From Eledone cirrhosa (Eukaryota): 64,000 nucleotides of DNA. The notes below the pieces were generated by a model, which did no database searches, was not told the DNA's origin, and worked only from the letters and a program-made list of their open reading frames with translations. Made by a program: the position numbers and the translations under genes. The stretch spans positions 27,838,001-27,902,000 of the forward strand of contig OZ024753.1 of assembly GCA_964016885.1 (NCBI GenBank), in the 5' to 3' direction. Shown here piece after piece: positions 14,870-27,098 of the stretch; position 1 is the first letter of the stretch; each line of letters begins with the position of its first letter.

Positions 14870-15290
14870 AATAATGATTTCTACTTTAGACACAAGGCCA
14901 GCAATTTTGGAGGAGGGGAAAATTGATTAAATCGACCCGAGTGCATTGCTGGTACTTTATTTTTTCGACCCCGTAAGGATGAAAGGCAAAGCTAACATCA
15001 GCAGGATTTGAACTCAGAATGTAAAGGGCCATAACTCTATGCCGCGAAGTAGGGTGTCCGATGCACTACCGATTCTGCCAATCCATCACCATAATGATGA
15101 TCATAATAATGGTTTCTGATTTAGAACACAAGGCCAACAATTTGGGGTGGAGGATAATGTTGATTAAATCGACCTCAGTGTGATAATGGTACTTTATTTT
15201 ATCAACTGTGCAAGTATGAAAGATAAAGCTAACCTTGGACAGATTTGAACTCAGAACGTAAAGGGATGTAACTATATGCCACAAAGCATT
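14870..15290 (-). mobile_element. Two SINE copies of the same family, reverse strand
   Basis: ggtactttattt..tcgaccccgtaaggatgaaaggcaaag...gatttgaactcag is the reverse complement of the 13185-13670 family. Confidence 0.7.
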
Positions 15291-15679
15291 TAGATATTAT
15301 TTTTTTTTTTCTATTATGTCTATCCTGGTTATTATTATACAGAGAAATGTGTTGAAACAATTGTAAGGAATTAAATGTTTTAAGCGCTCTTATGTCATCT
15401 CAATTTGTTATATATATATAAATATATATATATCTGTCCCTTCTCATAACAATGCCATCCAGTTACACACTATAAATGGGGTTGTTGTTACGAAGGGTAT
15501 CCAGCTGTAAACTCCCTGGCCAAATTTACAGTCCTCATTGGAGCAAGGTATGGCATGGCCAACTCTGGCCAGACTTGTCTCCTAATGTGGACAACTTGTC
15601 TAACTCATGCAAGCATGGAAAATTGGACATCAAACGGTGATGATGATGATGATGATAATGTATATATGATCATCATTAT

Positions 15680-15878
15680 CGGTGGATTGGCAGTATCGGT
15701 AGAGGGTCTGATGCCATGCTTTGCAGCAAAGAGTTATGGCCCTTTATGGTCTGAGTTCAAATCCCGCCGAGGTTAACTTTGCCTTTGATCCTTATGGGGT
15801 CGATAAAATAAAGTACCAGTAATACACTGGGATAATTGCTGGCCTTGTGCCAAAAGTAGAAACAATTATTATTATTAT
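15680..15878 (+). mobile_element. tRNA-derived SINE (same family)
   Basis: Near-identical to 13405-13590 and 30243-30430. Confidence 0.75.
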
Positions 15879-15880
15879 AA

Positions 15881-16114
15881 TTAACCCTTTAGCATTTACA
15901 GTACTCTATATATACTATTGTATTTTCATGGTAAAGGCTTTATCTTACATAATTTTCTCACACAATATTGAATCTATGAAATTTTGATATAATTTATTTT
16001 GAGAACAATACCTTAACATCAGTATAAGTGGCTAGTTACAGTTGGTTTGAATAGAATAGAAAGAGGTGAGAGAATTCTGGCCGGATATGGCCAGTTTAAA
16101 TGCTAAAGGGTTAA
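15881..16114 (+). mobile_element. piggyBac-type MITE, 226 bp
   Basis: TTAA|CCCTTTAGCATTTA ... TAAATGCTAAAGGG|TTAA; further copies at 4306, 6710 (partial), 50965, 52265, 58988, 63446. Confidence 0.85.
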
Positions 16115-16578
16115 GTAATAAAAATATATTTGTCATTCCCAAAACAGTCTTTTGACAGACTTCATATATGAGAAGTGAAGACACTGTAATCATAAAAGTG
16201 ATTGGGACCTAAAAAGGACTTAATCTATCTCTGGATGGAACCCCTTCCTCCAGACCAAACCAATAAGAAAAAATTATTAATTAGCCAAAGTAATACAAGG
16301 ATCAATCAATTAGATTTCATTGTATTGCTGTGGGAATATCCCTTCTATTATCTATTTATTAATTAACATTTTTTTCTTTGATTTTGTCTCACTGTAAATG
16401 TTAACAAAGGTGATTTAGTAACATAACAACAGCATCAATAATTGGTTTGGTTCTTCATTTCACATTCTGGTTCTTAAGTTGATTTACTTTGACCTTCAGT
16501 GGGACTCTTAGTCATTTATGCTATTGTGTAGTCATCTATTTTCCCCCATCTCTCTCTTATATATATATGTATATATGC

Positions 16579-16639
<61 letters not shown>

Positions 16640-16719
16640 GATACATACATATATATATATATATTTTCTTCATCTAACATCCGTTTTTCCATGCTAGTAT
16701 AGGTTGTATATATATATCA

Positions 16720-17150
16720 TCATCCTCAGCTTTTTTACATCCGGTTTATCATAGCTTGTCTGGATTGGGCAGATCTATTCCAACACAACATACCTCCACT
16801 CACTTTAATCTTTCGTCGTCTTTTCTGTGAGTTTCAGCGATTTGAGATCAGATCTCACAACCTCTGCTTAGGTCTTGCTTGGTCTTCCTTTACTGCAGCT
16901 TCCTTCCACAGGGTTTTCTTAGTTCTTCTTTACCCAATGGTCATCATCCTGATGCATCACATATCCATAAATCCATAACAGAGCAGTTTTCTCTCCTGCA
17001 TACTATGTCTTATACCCAGTTTTTCTCTCAGTTCATCCAGGCTTCATTGTTCATGCACATTAAAATGTACATCCATCAGTGCATGCTTACTTTCTGTCCA
17101 ACCTTCACATATTCTGCATTCATTGACCACGTCTAACTATCATACAACAC
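16720..17150 (-). pseudogene. Degenerate RTE LINE 3' fragment
   Basis: Aligns by eye with 37830-38200 (ttggtcttcctt, atgcatcacatatccata, tacatccatcag) and has a catcatc tail. Confidence 0.55.
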
Positions 17151-17662
17151 ATATATATATATGTGTGTGTGTGTGTGTGCATATATATATCTACATGATA
17201 AATATACCCAGTATGCACTGTAAAGTGGTTGGTGATAGGAAGGGCATCCAGCCATAAAAAGCTTACCAAACAAAGGGTTTGGAGGACCTTCAGTTATGTC
17301 AAAAACGTGACAGCCTCACTAGTGCTGGTGATCTACACAAAAAAAGTACACAGTGCAAAGAGGAAGCAGCTGGACAGTCCCCAGTATTTGTTTATCTTCC
17401 TTTCCTCTGCATTGCAGGCATTGCAGCATTGGGGTTTGTGGCCGAATCGACCACAAAATGATAAAAGGCAAAGTTGACCTCAGCAGGATTTGAACTCAGA
17501 GTGCAGTGAACTGGAACAAATCCTGAAGCATTTTTAATCTCAAGCCTTAATAACTCTGCCAACTCACCAATTTATGCTGTTGTTTACATTTCTACAATTT
17601 TATATGGATATAAGTGTCTACATAAATGTACACGAATGTGTGTCTAATTGTGTGTTCGACAG

Positions 17663-17749
17663 GGTAGAACAGATGGCATGGCCACCTGTTCATGGTGTTG
17701 GTGCATCTTAAAACAAAAAGGATATGGAGAAGAGTTAGGCTTCTTTTAA
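17663..17749 (+). CDS. Candidate terminal coding exon, phase-compatible with 8401-8537
   Basis: ctaat branch-like site, ttcgacag| acceptor, frame GRTDGMATCSWCWCILKQKGYGEELGFF*. Confidence 0.35.
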   Translation, partial: GRTDGMATCSWCWCILKQKGYGEELGFF

Positions 17750-18157
17750 AAATAAGCCAATGAAATTTACCCCCATTGCACGTTTTAGCTAAAGGTTTCT
17801 CAGTGTGATTTGACGAAATGGAATTTTAATTATCTGTTAAGCACTACAACTCTGATGATCTGTTACCTCTAGAAGTTGTACACTTTCTCACTGTACTATT
17901 TGTGACTCCATAGGTAGACTTCAACATGTTTTATTGGTGTTTGTTTATTTAACACACATAGATGACATCAACAATCACGTGATAAATATTTGATATATAT
18001 GCAAAGTATTTTCTACATTAAGTTTCTCAGCCAGTGTTACAATCAACAACCAGAACAATAAGTGTTTTTACCCTTTTCTTACCATATTTCTCATGAAAGG
18101 CACTGCCGATGGTTTTCAAATAATACATTTAAATATATATATCTATATATCTATATA

Positions 18158-18196
<39 letters not shown>

Positions 18197-18599
18197 TCTC
18201 TCCATATTGTTACAATGTTGTATGATTTGTAGACATAGAGTCATGTTGGATTTGGTTGAAATGAAGATGTATGTTTTCTATCTTTCAGATAGGGATTGTA
18301 CCATTATATCGGTGGATTCTCAGATTTCTACTGTTGCACCTCAATGCGATCATTTGACAGTGAAGGGTAAATGAAAAGATTTTAAAAATATATGTGTGCA
18401 TATATATATATATATAAATATATGTGTGTTTGTGTGAATATGTGCATATATATATATACACATATGTGTGTATATATATATGCATGTACATGTGCATGTA
18501 TTTATATATATATATACAACTAATCCCTGCTATTAACAATGTGTTAAAACTTATACGTGAAAAACTACTAATACTAATAAACTAATACTAATAATAACT

Positions 18600-19012
18600 A
18601 TTAGATACGAACAGAAAATAGTTGTTACACACATAATCTCTATAAAGAAAAATAATGTCTTCTAATTGATGTATCAATCCCCACAGATAACAATATATCT
18701 ATCTTGTAAATGTACAAATTATCCAAATGTAAAAATCTGGAGACAGAAATAACCCAAATGAGGATGATGATAACAGAAGCATAAAGGTGGTCTAGGAATG
18801 GTTAAAAAAAACACAGATAGATACATAACCTAAACCTCAAGACAATGTATACAGCATACAGAAAATATTACTATTTAGCACAGCACACATATCACACAAA
18901 CTACTCTCAATACAATAGAAACAACACTGCACATACGCAAGGTGCACAGAGCTGTGCTAGGTAATACAGTTATGACATGCAATAAAAATAGTGTCATAAT
19001 AATAATAATAAT
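18600..19012 (+). pseudogene. R4/Dong-clade 3' relic
   Basis: CLLIDVSIPTDNNIS; KNLETEITQM; GLGMVKKNTDRYI; YSIQKILLFSTAHISHKLLSIQ*; (taa)n tail. Confidence 0.7.
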
Positions 19013-19779
19013 AAAGGTGCCATACTATTGTAATGGGATAGTGTTGGTGCCACAATAAAATAAAATGCTCCAGCCTACTCTATAATGAGACAGTGTTGAT
19101 GCTATATTATATACTTCAAATCCATTAAGTGGTAGTGCTAGTGCCCTTATAAAAAGCACCTGGTTCAGTTTGTAAAGTGATAGCGGTCATGATAAAACAT
19201 ACCCAGTCTATCCAGTTAGGTGGTAGTGCGTGTGCCACAACAAAATGTTCCCAGTGCATACTGTATAGTGGTTGGCATTAGGAAATGCATCCAACCAAAG
19301 CAACCATACCAAAAAAGGAATGTATGAGCTAGACGTGTTCACTTGACTGGTCTAGTCTCAAAATGTGACACCTGTCTAACCCTTTAAAGCATGGAAAATG
19401 GACATTTAACAATGATAATATCTATATATATTATCTAGTACTATGTTGAATAATGGTTTTACTAGTCTCAATTAGCAACTTACACATATAACACACATAT
19501 GTATATATAAGTTAAGCAAAATAAATTCTTAGCACTTCAAAATAAGATTTAGGTTATTGTTAGCCAATATTAATGTGATGAATCAGATGAAATTATAATG
19601 GGAATAGGGTTGATATAAATTTCCAGAATTTAAGAAGAGAAGTATTGTCTGGTAATAGTGTTACTAAGTAAAGAGAATAACTGTTTATTTAAAGATCTTT
19701 AAATTGCTTGTTGCATGAGTATCCAGGATGTAAGTGGGACATTTTTGAAGTGACAACGTTCTATGAAAAAATCAGATCT

Positions 19780-20400
19780 CGTATTTAGGTAATTTAAAGA
19801 TTATAAGGAATTATTTGATGTTTTTTTACCTGGAGCTCTTGTTATCTGTGCTTATATTGCATATTGTTGTGCCATTTAAATATGATCTGTTCTATCCTAG
19901 GCTCTTCCATGAAATATCAAAATCAGTGTTGTGTTCTTACAAGTGCCAAATGTTGTTTGACAAAGTTGTGTTCTTTTCAGCATCACTGAAGGATGAAGTA
20001 TGATTAAATTAGTGTTGTTTGAGTTTGCTCTTTGTCATTCCTATGTAGTACTTAGTCTTTAATTTTAGTTAGGCTTTGCAAAGGTATCATCTGCTTCATA
20101 GATTATTGTTTCAGAATTACATGATTCATTAAATGGGCATGCTTTGGTGTTTGTTTATGTGTAGCTTGCCTCATGTGATATTGTTGGCTTATATGTTATG
20201 ATGTTTTTCCTATTATTGGTACAGCAGTAACTAAATTTTATGCAATTCCTATTGAAGATTTTCTTGTAGCAATGGTGAATTAGCAAATGTTTACCTAGGA
20301 AATTTTTCATCTTAACCTTAACATTTCAGGAAAAAGTGGGTACAAATGATATAATGTTCTGAGAGTATTGTTTTTAGAGTGTGGTAGCACAGGATTAGGG
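19780..20400 (-). pseudogene. Penelope-like element relic (linker and GIY-YIG endonuclease)
   Basis: Minus frames: HCYKKIFNRNCIKFSYCCTNN; KTKYYIGMTKSKLKQH*FNHTSSF; NTTLSNNIWHL*EHNTDFDISWK. Confidence 0.75.
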
Positions 20401-20639
20401 AAGTAAATCATTTTATCTATGAAACTGTTTTAATAAGGGGATGTCTTGCTGAAAATTTATTGATTATGTGAGATAAAGTCTTCACCCCCCAAAATATAAT
20501 AGTAAATATAGATTAATGTAAATGCTAAAGGGTTAAGCCCTACTATTACTATTCTTTCTTACATTATTTCTTCCATTTAGCACTGTAACCATCTTCCATT
20601 ATTTCCCTCTGCTACCCTCTGTTTATTGCCTAGAGGCAA

Positions 20640-21130
20640 TAAACATAAAAGAATTACAACCAAAATTAAATAGAAAATATGAGTGGAACAGCAACATCAC
20701 AACTTACAATTAAGGACAAAATGAAAACACACACATAGAACAAACAACCAACCGGTAACATGTAAATAAACAAATAAATAAACAAATATAAACACACACA
20801 GACACCCGGATGTGGCGCATGCGCAGACTGAGCACACAACACACACACAGAAACAAAATGGCGTAGGACAGAACAAAAAAAGGCACAAAAACAAAGAAAA
20901 GAATCCCCAGTTACTGAAGAGGTCACAGAATGTGTGACGAAAGAACTTTGACAATATATAAACAACTATCTGGTTGTGGAACCAACCAACCAACCAGAAA
21001 TTTGTAAATTCCTAAATTTATAAATTTATTATAATAAATTGAAGTGAAAGCAACTGGTGCGTGTGTTTCTTATTGGCAACATGACCCTCCCAAAGTATAA
21101 CAATATCGGTTTCAACACACGGTTTCAGAT
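20640..21130 (+). mobile_element. Non-coding dispersed repeat carrying a hammerhead motif (pLTR-like)
   Basis: Homologous to 32835-33085 (reverse); ends ttattggcaacatgaccctcccaaagtataacaat. Confidence 0.6.
20910..20952 (+). ncRNA. Minimal type-I hammerhead ribozyme motif
   Basis: gtta-CTGAAGA-g-gtcaca-gaatg-tgtgac-GAAA-gaac-TT-tgac; stem II 6 bp, stem I gtta/tgac. Confidence 0.6.
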
Positions 21131-21186
21131 AAAGAATCTTGCTAAACAAATTCAGAAACGAAATATATATATATATATATATATAC

Positions 21187-21333
21187 TGGGGTTCATATCA
21201 TTCCACTGCAAAGTGGTCGTGCAGGTGCCACGGCAAAAAAGCACCCAGCTGTAGAAATCAAGCCAGAATCAGTTCCCGTCCCACCCTTGCAAGCAGGGAA
21301 AAAGCGGACGTAAAATGAAATGAAATGAAATGA

Positions 21334-21373
<40 letters not shown>

Positions 21374-21381
21374 TATATACA

Positions 21382-21454
<73 letters not shown>

Positions 21455-21463
21455 TGTATATAT

Positions 21464-21503
<40 letters not shown>

Positions 21504-21930
21504 TGTATATACTGTATATAAATATATATACTGTATATATATACACATATATATATATATATATACTGTATATATATATATCATCATTTCATTTCATTTC
21601 ATTTTACGTCCGCTTTTTCCCTGCTTGCAAGGGGGGGACGGGAACTGATTCTGGCTTGATTTCTACAGCTGGATGCCCTTCCTAACACCAACCTCATTTA
21701 CAGTGAGTGGTGGGTGCTTTTTTTGCCATGGCTCCTCCACGACCACTTTGCAGTGGAATGATATGGACCCCAGTCCCTATCATCTCATTTCTACAGCCGA
21801 GTAAACTGGAGCAATGTGAAATAAAGTGTCTTGCTCAAGGAAACAACATATCACCCGGTCTGAGAATTGAACTCACAACCTTTCGATTGCAAGGTCAATG
21901 CTCTAAACACTAAGCCATGTGCCTCCATAC
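21187..21930. mobile_element. CORE-type tRNA-derived SINE (minus, 21580-21930) facing a partial plus-strand copy (21187-21335) across a (ta/cag)n tract
   Basis: aaagtgtcttgctcaaggaaacaac is a reverse CORE-like motif; RTE tail ttttacgtccgctttttccctgcttgcaaggg in both copies. Confidence 0.7.
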
Positions 21931-21994
21931 ATATATATATATATATATATATAAACAAATAACGAAACGAAATTAAATTTCGTTTCGTTTAATT

Positions 21995-22082
<88 letters not shown>

Positions 22083-22090
<8 letters not shown>

Positions 22091-22740
22091 GACGTAAAAT
22101 AAGAAAATTATAAAAATTAACTTACTTACTAAAATTTCACTCCAACTAATTAGTTTCTGAAAGGGAATAAACATGGTTTCCGAATGGAACATGGAGAATA
22201 CCTTTCGTCATCAGGAAGTCAATTCTCAGCTAAATTCCCAGGCGATGCATGGACACAGGGAACTTATACAAAAATAATTCAGTGTATGGAAAAAAGCAAG
22301 CGAGGACTAAATTCCAGGACATTGAAAAAATCACTGCCTACTTAGTCGGTGGCAAATTCAAAAGAATCAATCACGTGACATCGAGGTTAATCAGTGAGGA
22401 GTGGGGTGTAAATAAGACAGTAGCCGGACTATTACTATGAACTATAGTAGTAGTTTTGGCAAACTTTTGCTCAACAAAATAATTTGGTATATCTACCAAC
22501 ATATATATACAGATGCATACCTATGCTAGCAAATATATAGGTTTTGTCTTAGTAACTTTGTAGTTCAATGCAAGGGGATGCAGAACAATTATATGAAAGA
22601 CGTAAAATAAGAAAATTATAAAAATTAACTTACTTACTAAAATTTCACTCCAATAATTAGTTTCTGAAAGGGAATAAACATGGTTTCCGAATGGAACATG
22701 GAGAATACCTTTCGTCATCAGGAAGTCAATTCTCAGCTAA
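22083..22740 (-). repeat. ~150-bp direct repeat (22083-22233 and 22591-22740; period ~508 bp), each copy with a hammerhead-like core
   Basis: Copies near-identical; minus strand reads CTGATGA-cgaa...ttcg-GAAA-ccatgtt. Confidence 0.75.
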
Positions 22741-23870
22741 GTTGTGGGGTCCTTTAGCTTCCATATTTTTCTCCTGAGGATAGTCCTCTTCTGCTGTCGA
22801 GTACGTCTCGTCCTGACTATGAGGTCGCTAATTATCAGTCTATGTTGGGAGGTGCATTCTTCATGGGGAGGGATTAAGTGTTTACAACAGACACTCTGTC
22901 ACGTCTTCTGGTAAGGATATAATCTACCTGGCTAGTATGTTCCCCTGATCTGTAGGTGATCAAGTGATTGTCTCGTTTTTTGAAGTTAATGTTAGAGATA
23001 GTTAGGTTATTTGCGTCACAGAATTCCAGGATTCTGGAGCCTTCCTCATTTCTAGTACCAAACCCATAGCCTTCGTGGATTCCGTCATAACCGTCACAAT
23101 GTTGTCCAACGTGACCATTTAGGACGCCAGCAATAATTATATAGTCACTGTCGGTTATTTGGGACGTAGTAAGCATCAGTGTCTCATAGAATCTGTCTTT
23201 TATAGCGCCAGGCAGTCCGGATTGGGGCGCTTACGCAGATATTACTGTCACAGTAGTTCTATTTAGAACAAGTCTTATTTTAATTATTCTGTCATTCACT
23301 CTATTTACGTCTATTAACTTATCCACCCATTTTTCTGCTAACATGATTCCTACCCCACCCAGCCCATTGTCATTTCCCACCCAGAAAAGCTCATAGCATC
23401 GTTTTTTACCCACAATGAATCTAGCAGACCCGCCCCTCCACCTGGTCTCTTGGATACAGCAAACATCAACCTCCTTACGTTCAAGCATTTCTACAACCTC
23501 GTTAGAGCGGCCTTTTAAGGTGCCTACATTCATGGTACCAACTCTGAAGTTTTGGATTGCGTTTGGTGGGTGAGGCACAGGGAGAGGTGAGGGGGATGGG
23601 GTTGGGGGTTATGTTGTCTATCCGAGGCCGCAACAAAGAGGAGGGGGCCTTGCCCTTTCGTCCGGCAGCATGAGGTGAATTTGTCATTTTCTTTGGCATT
23701 TGTCTTCGAGTGTCCAGATTCTTCAGACTCTCCAGAAATTCCTTAGTCCATCCATCATATCGAAAAGCACCCAGAAGTAATAGCATAGGCCGTTGACTTG
23801 TGATTGGTCCAAATAATAAAGGTGGAGAGTGGGGGCGGGCGGGAGGGATATGGGGTAGTTAGCAAGATAT
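22741..23870 (-). pseudogene. RTE LINE 5' part: AP endonuclease with frameshifts
   Basis: FRVGTMNVGTLKGR; VCCIQETRW; VISA(Y)APQ; IIAGVLNGHVG; SQVDYIL; SQHRLIISDL. Confidence 0.85.
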
Positions 23871-24000
23871 ATACTGTATATATATATATATATGTATATA
23901 AATGAAGTAATTCCGTCGGAAAAGTCCGGGAAAAAAGAGTGCTCTATGTAGGTAACAGAGCTTAATAGTTATGTAATAAACAACATAAGGCAATTATTCC

Positions 24001-24052
24001 ATTTACCAGTGGTTTCTTAAAAGCAAAAAAATGTGCTTTCAATCATCAGAAT
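24001..24052 (-). ncRNA. Type-I hammerhead ribozyme motif (left arm)
   Basis: Reverse complement of 24141-24192. Confidence 0.75.
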
Positions 24053-24140
24053 TAAAAAATCCTGGTCTGTTTATTGAAATTGGATTTTAAAAAACCTGGT
24101 TTTTAAAATCCAATTTCAATAAACAGACCAGGATTTTTTA

Positions 24141-24192
24141 ATTCTGATGATTGAAAGCACATTTTTTTGCTTTTAAGAAACCACTGGTAAAT
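24141..24192 (+). ncRNA. Type-I hammerhead ribozyme motif
   Basis: att-CTGATGA-ttgaaagca-(8 nt)-tgcttttaa-GAAA-cca-c-tgg-TA-aat; 9-bp stem II; GUA site, predicted cut after 24189. Confidence 0.78.
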
Positions 24193-24221
24193 GGAATAAT
24201 TGCCTTATGTTGTTTATTACA

Positions 24222-24262
<41 letters not shown>

Positions 24263-24470
24263 TATTGTCCGTTGTGTTGTAATATAAATATTACACACAG
24301 TAGATTATCAGCTCACGTAGAGTTTGCTCGACGGTTCCAGTTGTAGTTCCAAAAGTAATCCGGAGAAAAATAGAAAGATTTGAATGGATACAGTTTAGTT
24401 GAAAGGAATTTATTGACACGTGTTTCTATAACAGTTACATAACCTAAAACAGCTATCTACAAACTTTTAG

Positions 24471-24528
24471 TTATGCAGACATTCAATATTTCAATGTTAT
24501 TATTTACTGTCATTTCATCAGAATAATA
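24471..24528 (-). ncRNA. Hammerhead motif, left arm of the large inverted repeat
   Basis: Reverse complement of 27041-27098. Confidence 0.55.
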
Positions 24529-25097
24529 TTACTGAGGACCTATTTAGTTTTTATAGAGAATATTAGGAGGGAGGGGTGAAGTTGTTAGAAGAATAGTTGA
24601 AGGAGTGGTTTTTCGATAGCAGTGAGAATTCTTGGTGGCAGTGAGTAATTAGATTCCCATCTGTTGTTTTGACATTTTTTATAGAATATATTATTGGTTA
24701 TTTTTCTAAATCTATAGAAGGATTAGAGATAGTGAAGATATGCGTGGTTGGTTTTGTGTTTGCACTTAATTAACATTCAGACTTAAATTTTTCTTTCAAG
24801 TGTACGTATCCTTTCACCCACGCATTCACACACAAATATATTTGCACACCCCTACAAAATACATATACACACAATTCACATATTCATACTTACATATATA
24901 TACACATGCATACACATATATATACACACATGTATTCATGTACATACATACGCGCTCATGTGTATACATCTTCATACTCAACTTATCTTTATATACACAC
25001 GTATAGACACACACATATATACATACATACTCTAGTCCATGTGTACACACATACACATACATACACATCCATATACACATATATACATACACATATA

Positions 25098-25157
<60 letters not shown>

Positions 25158-25478
25158 CATACATACACAAACATACATATACACACATATACATATATAT
25201 ACATATATAACCACTTTAATACATGAATACACTTACATCTAACTATACACATCAAACATATATATATATTTACTTATTTATATACATTTTCACATATATA
25301 TACATACTTATGGACGTTTTTAGACACATTCATTATCGCATATTTGTACCTATTCTCATCAGCATATCTTTTCATTATTAGTATGGTAATTTAAGGTTAT
25401 TAATATATGTTGAGAAGAGATTGTTTTTATATTTTTCTAACTAGATTAAGGTTTATATAGTTGGGGGATGTCCCTCTT

Positions 25479-25762
25479 TTATGTAATATTCGGCTTGTAG
25501 TGGAAAAAAAGGGTTTTAGTTCTGTGACGGCAGAATAATGTTCGTTCAATTCTGTTATTCAGCAGTTTCTTCTTGTGTGTGATTATGTAATAAATCTCAA
25601 GATTACACAATTTGCAGAAATTTTGGCTCCTGGAAAAGCTTTGGGTTTTAGCTAATTTTTCCCATTTTAGGGTAAACTTTTGATCGCTATCCCTGAGCGT
25701 CCAAGCTTTTTCTGCTAGAGTTGTTACATTTCTTTGGCTCTGGTGTTTTATTGAGTAAGAAT
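25479..25762 (-). pseudogene. PLE GIY-YIG endonuclease C-terminal fragment (left arm)
   Basis: TTLAEKAWTL...KWEKL...CKLCNLEIYYII...LLNNRIE...CRH pattern typical of PLE C-termini. Confidence 0.8.
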
Positions 25763-25777
25763 AGGCATTCTTACTCA

Positions 25778-26070
25778 AGAATAGGCATTCTTACTCAATA
25801 AAACACCAGAGCCAAAGAAATGTAACAACTCTAGCAGAAAAAGCTTGGACGCTCAGGGATAGCGATCAAAAGTTTACCCTAAAATGGGAAAAATTAGCTA
25901 AAACCCAAAGCTTTTCCAGGAGCCAAAATTTCTGCAAATTGTGTAATCTTGAGATTTATTACATAATCACACACAAGAAGAAACTGCTGAATAACAGAAT
26001 TGAACGAACATTATTCTGCCGTCACAGAACTAAAACCCTTTTTTCCCACTACAAGCCGAATATTACATAA
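25778..26070 (+). pseudogene. PLE GIY-YIG endonuclease C-terminal fragment (right arm)
   Basis: KNRHSYSIKHQSQRNVTTLAEKAW...CRHRTKTLFSHYKPNIT*. Confidence 0.8.
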
Positions 26071-26391
26071 AAGAGGGACATCCCCCAACTATATAAACCT
26101 TAATCTAGTTAGAAAAATATAAAAACAATCTCTTCTCAACATATATTAATAACCTTAAATTACCATACTAATAATGAAAAGATATGCTGATGAGAATAGG
26201 TACAAATATGCGATAATGAATGTGTCTAAAAACGTCCATAAGTATGTATATATATGTGAAAATGTATATAAATAAGTAAATATATATATATGTTTGATGT
26301 GTATAGTTAGATGTAAGTGTATTCATGTATTAAAGTGGTTATATATGTATATATATGTATATGTGTGTATATGTATGTTTGTGTATGTATG

Positions 26392-26456
<65 letters not shown>

Positions 26457-27040
26457 GTATATATGTATGTATATATGTGTATGTATATATGTGTATATGG
26501 ATGTGTATGTATGTGTATGTGTGTACACATGGACTAGAGTATGTATGTATATATGTGTGTGTCTATACGTGTGTATATAAAGATAAGTTGAGTATGAAAA
26601 TGTATACACATGAGCGCGTATGTATGTACATGAATACATGTGTGTATATATATGTGTATGCATGTGTATATATATGTAAGTATGAATATGTGAATTGTGT
26701 GTATATGTATTTTGTAGAGGTGTGCAAATATATTTGTGTGTGAATGCGTGGGTGAAAGGATACGTACACTTGAAAGAAAAATTTAAGTCTGAATGTTAAT
26801 TAAGTGCAAACACAAAACCAACCACGCATATCTTCACTATCTCTAATCCTTCTATAGATTTAGAAAAATAACCAATAATATATTCTATAAAAAATGTCAA
26901 AACAACAGATGGGAATCTAATTACTCACTGCCACCAAGAATTCTCACTGCTATCGAAAAACCACTCCTTCAACTATTCTTCTAACAACTTCACCCCTCCC
27001 TCCTAATATTCTCTATAAAAACTAAATAGGTCCTCAGTAA

Positions 27041-27098
27041 TATTATTCTGATGAAATGACAGTAAATAATAACATTGAAATATTGAATGTCTGCATAA
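27041..27098 (+). ncRNA. Hammerhead motif, right arm of the large inverted repeat
   Basis: CTGATGA-aatg...catt-GAAA-tatt-g-aatg-TC; GUC site; stem I weak. Confidence 0.55.

Larger units (their letters stand above)
23965..24228. repeat. Near-perfect 264-bp palindrome (inverted pLTR-like)
   Basis: Arms mirror around aaaacctggttttt at about 24096; set in (ta)n. Confidence 0.95.

Noticed and set aside
26183-26230. Additional hammerhead at CTGATGA downstream of the GIY-YIG stop
   Set aside because: No GAAA (GATA/GAAT instead) and no clear stem II.
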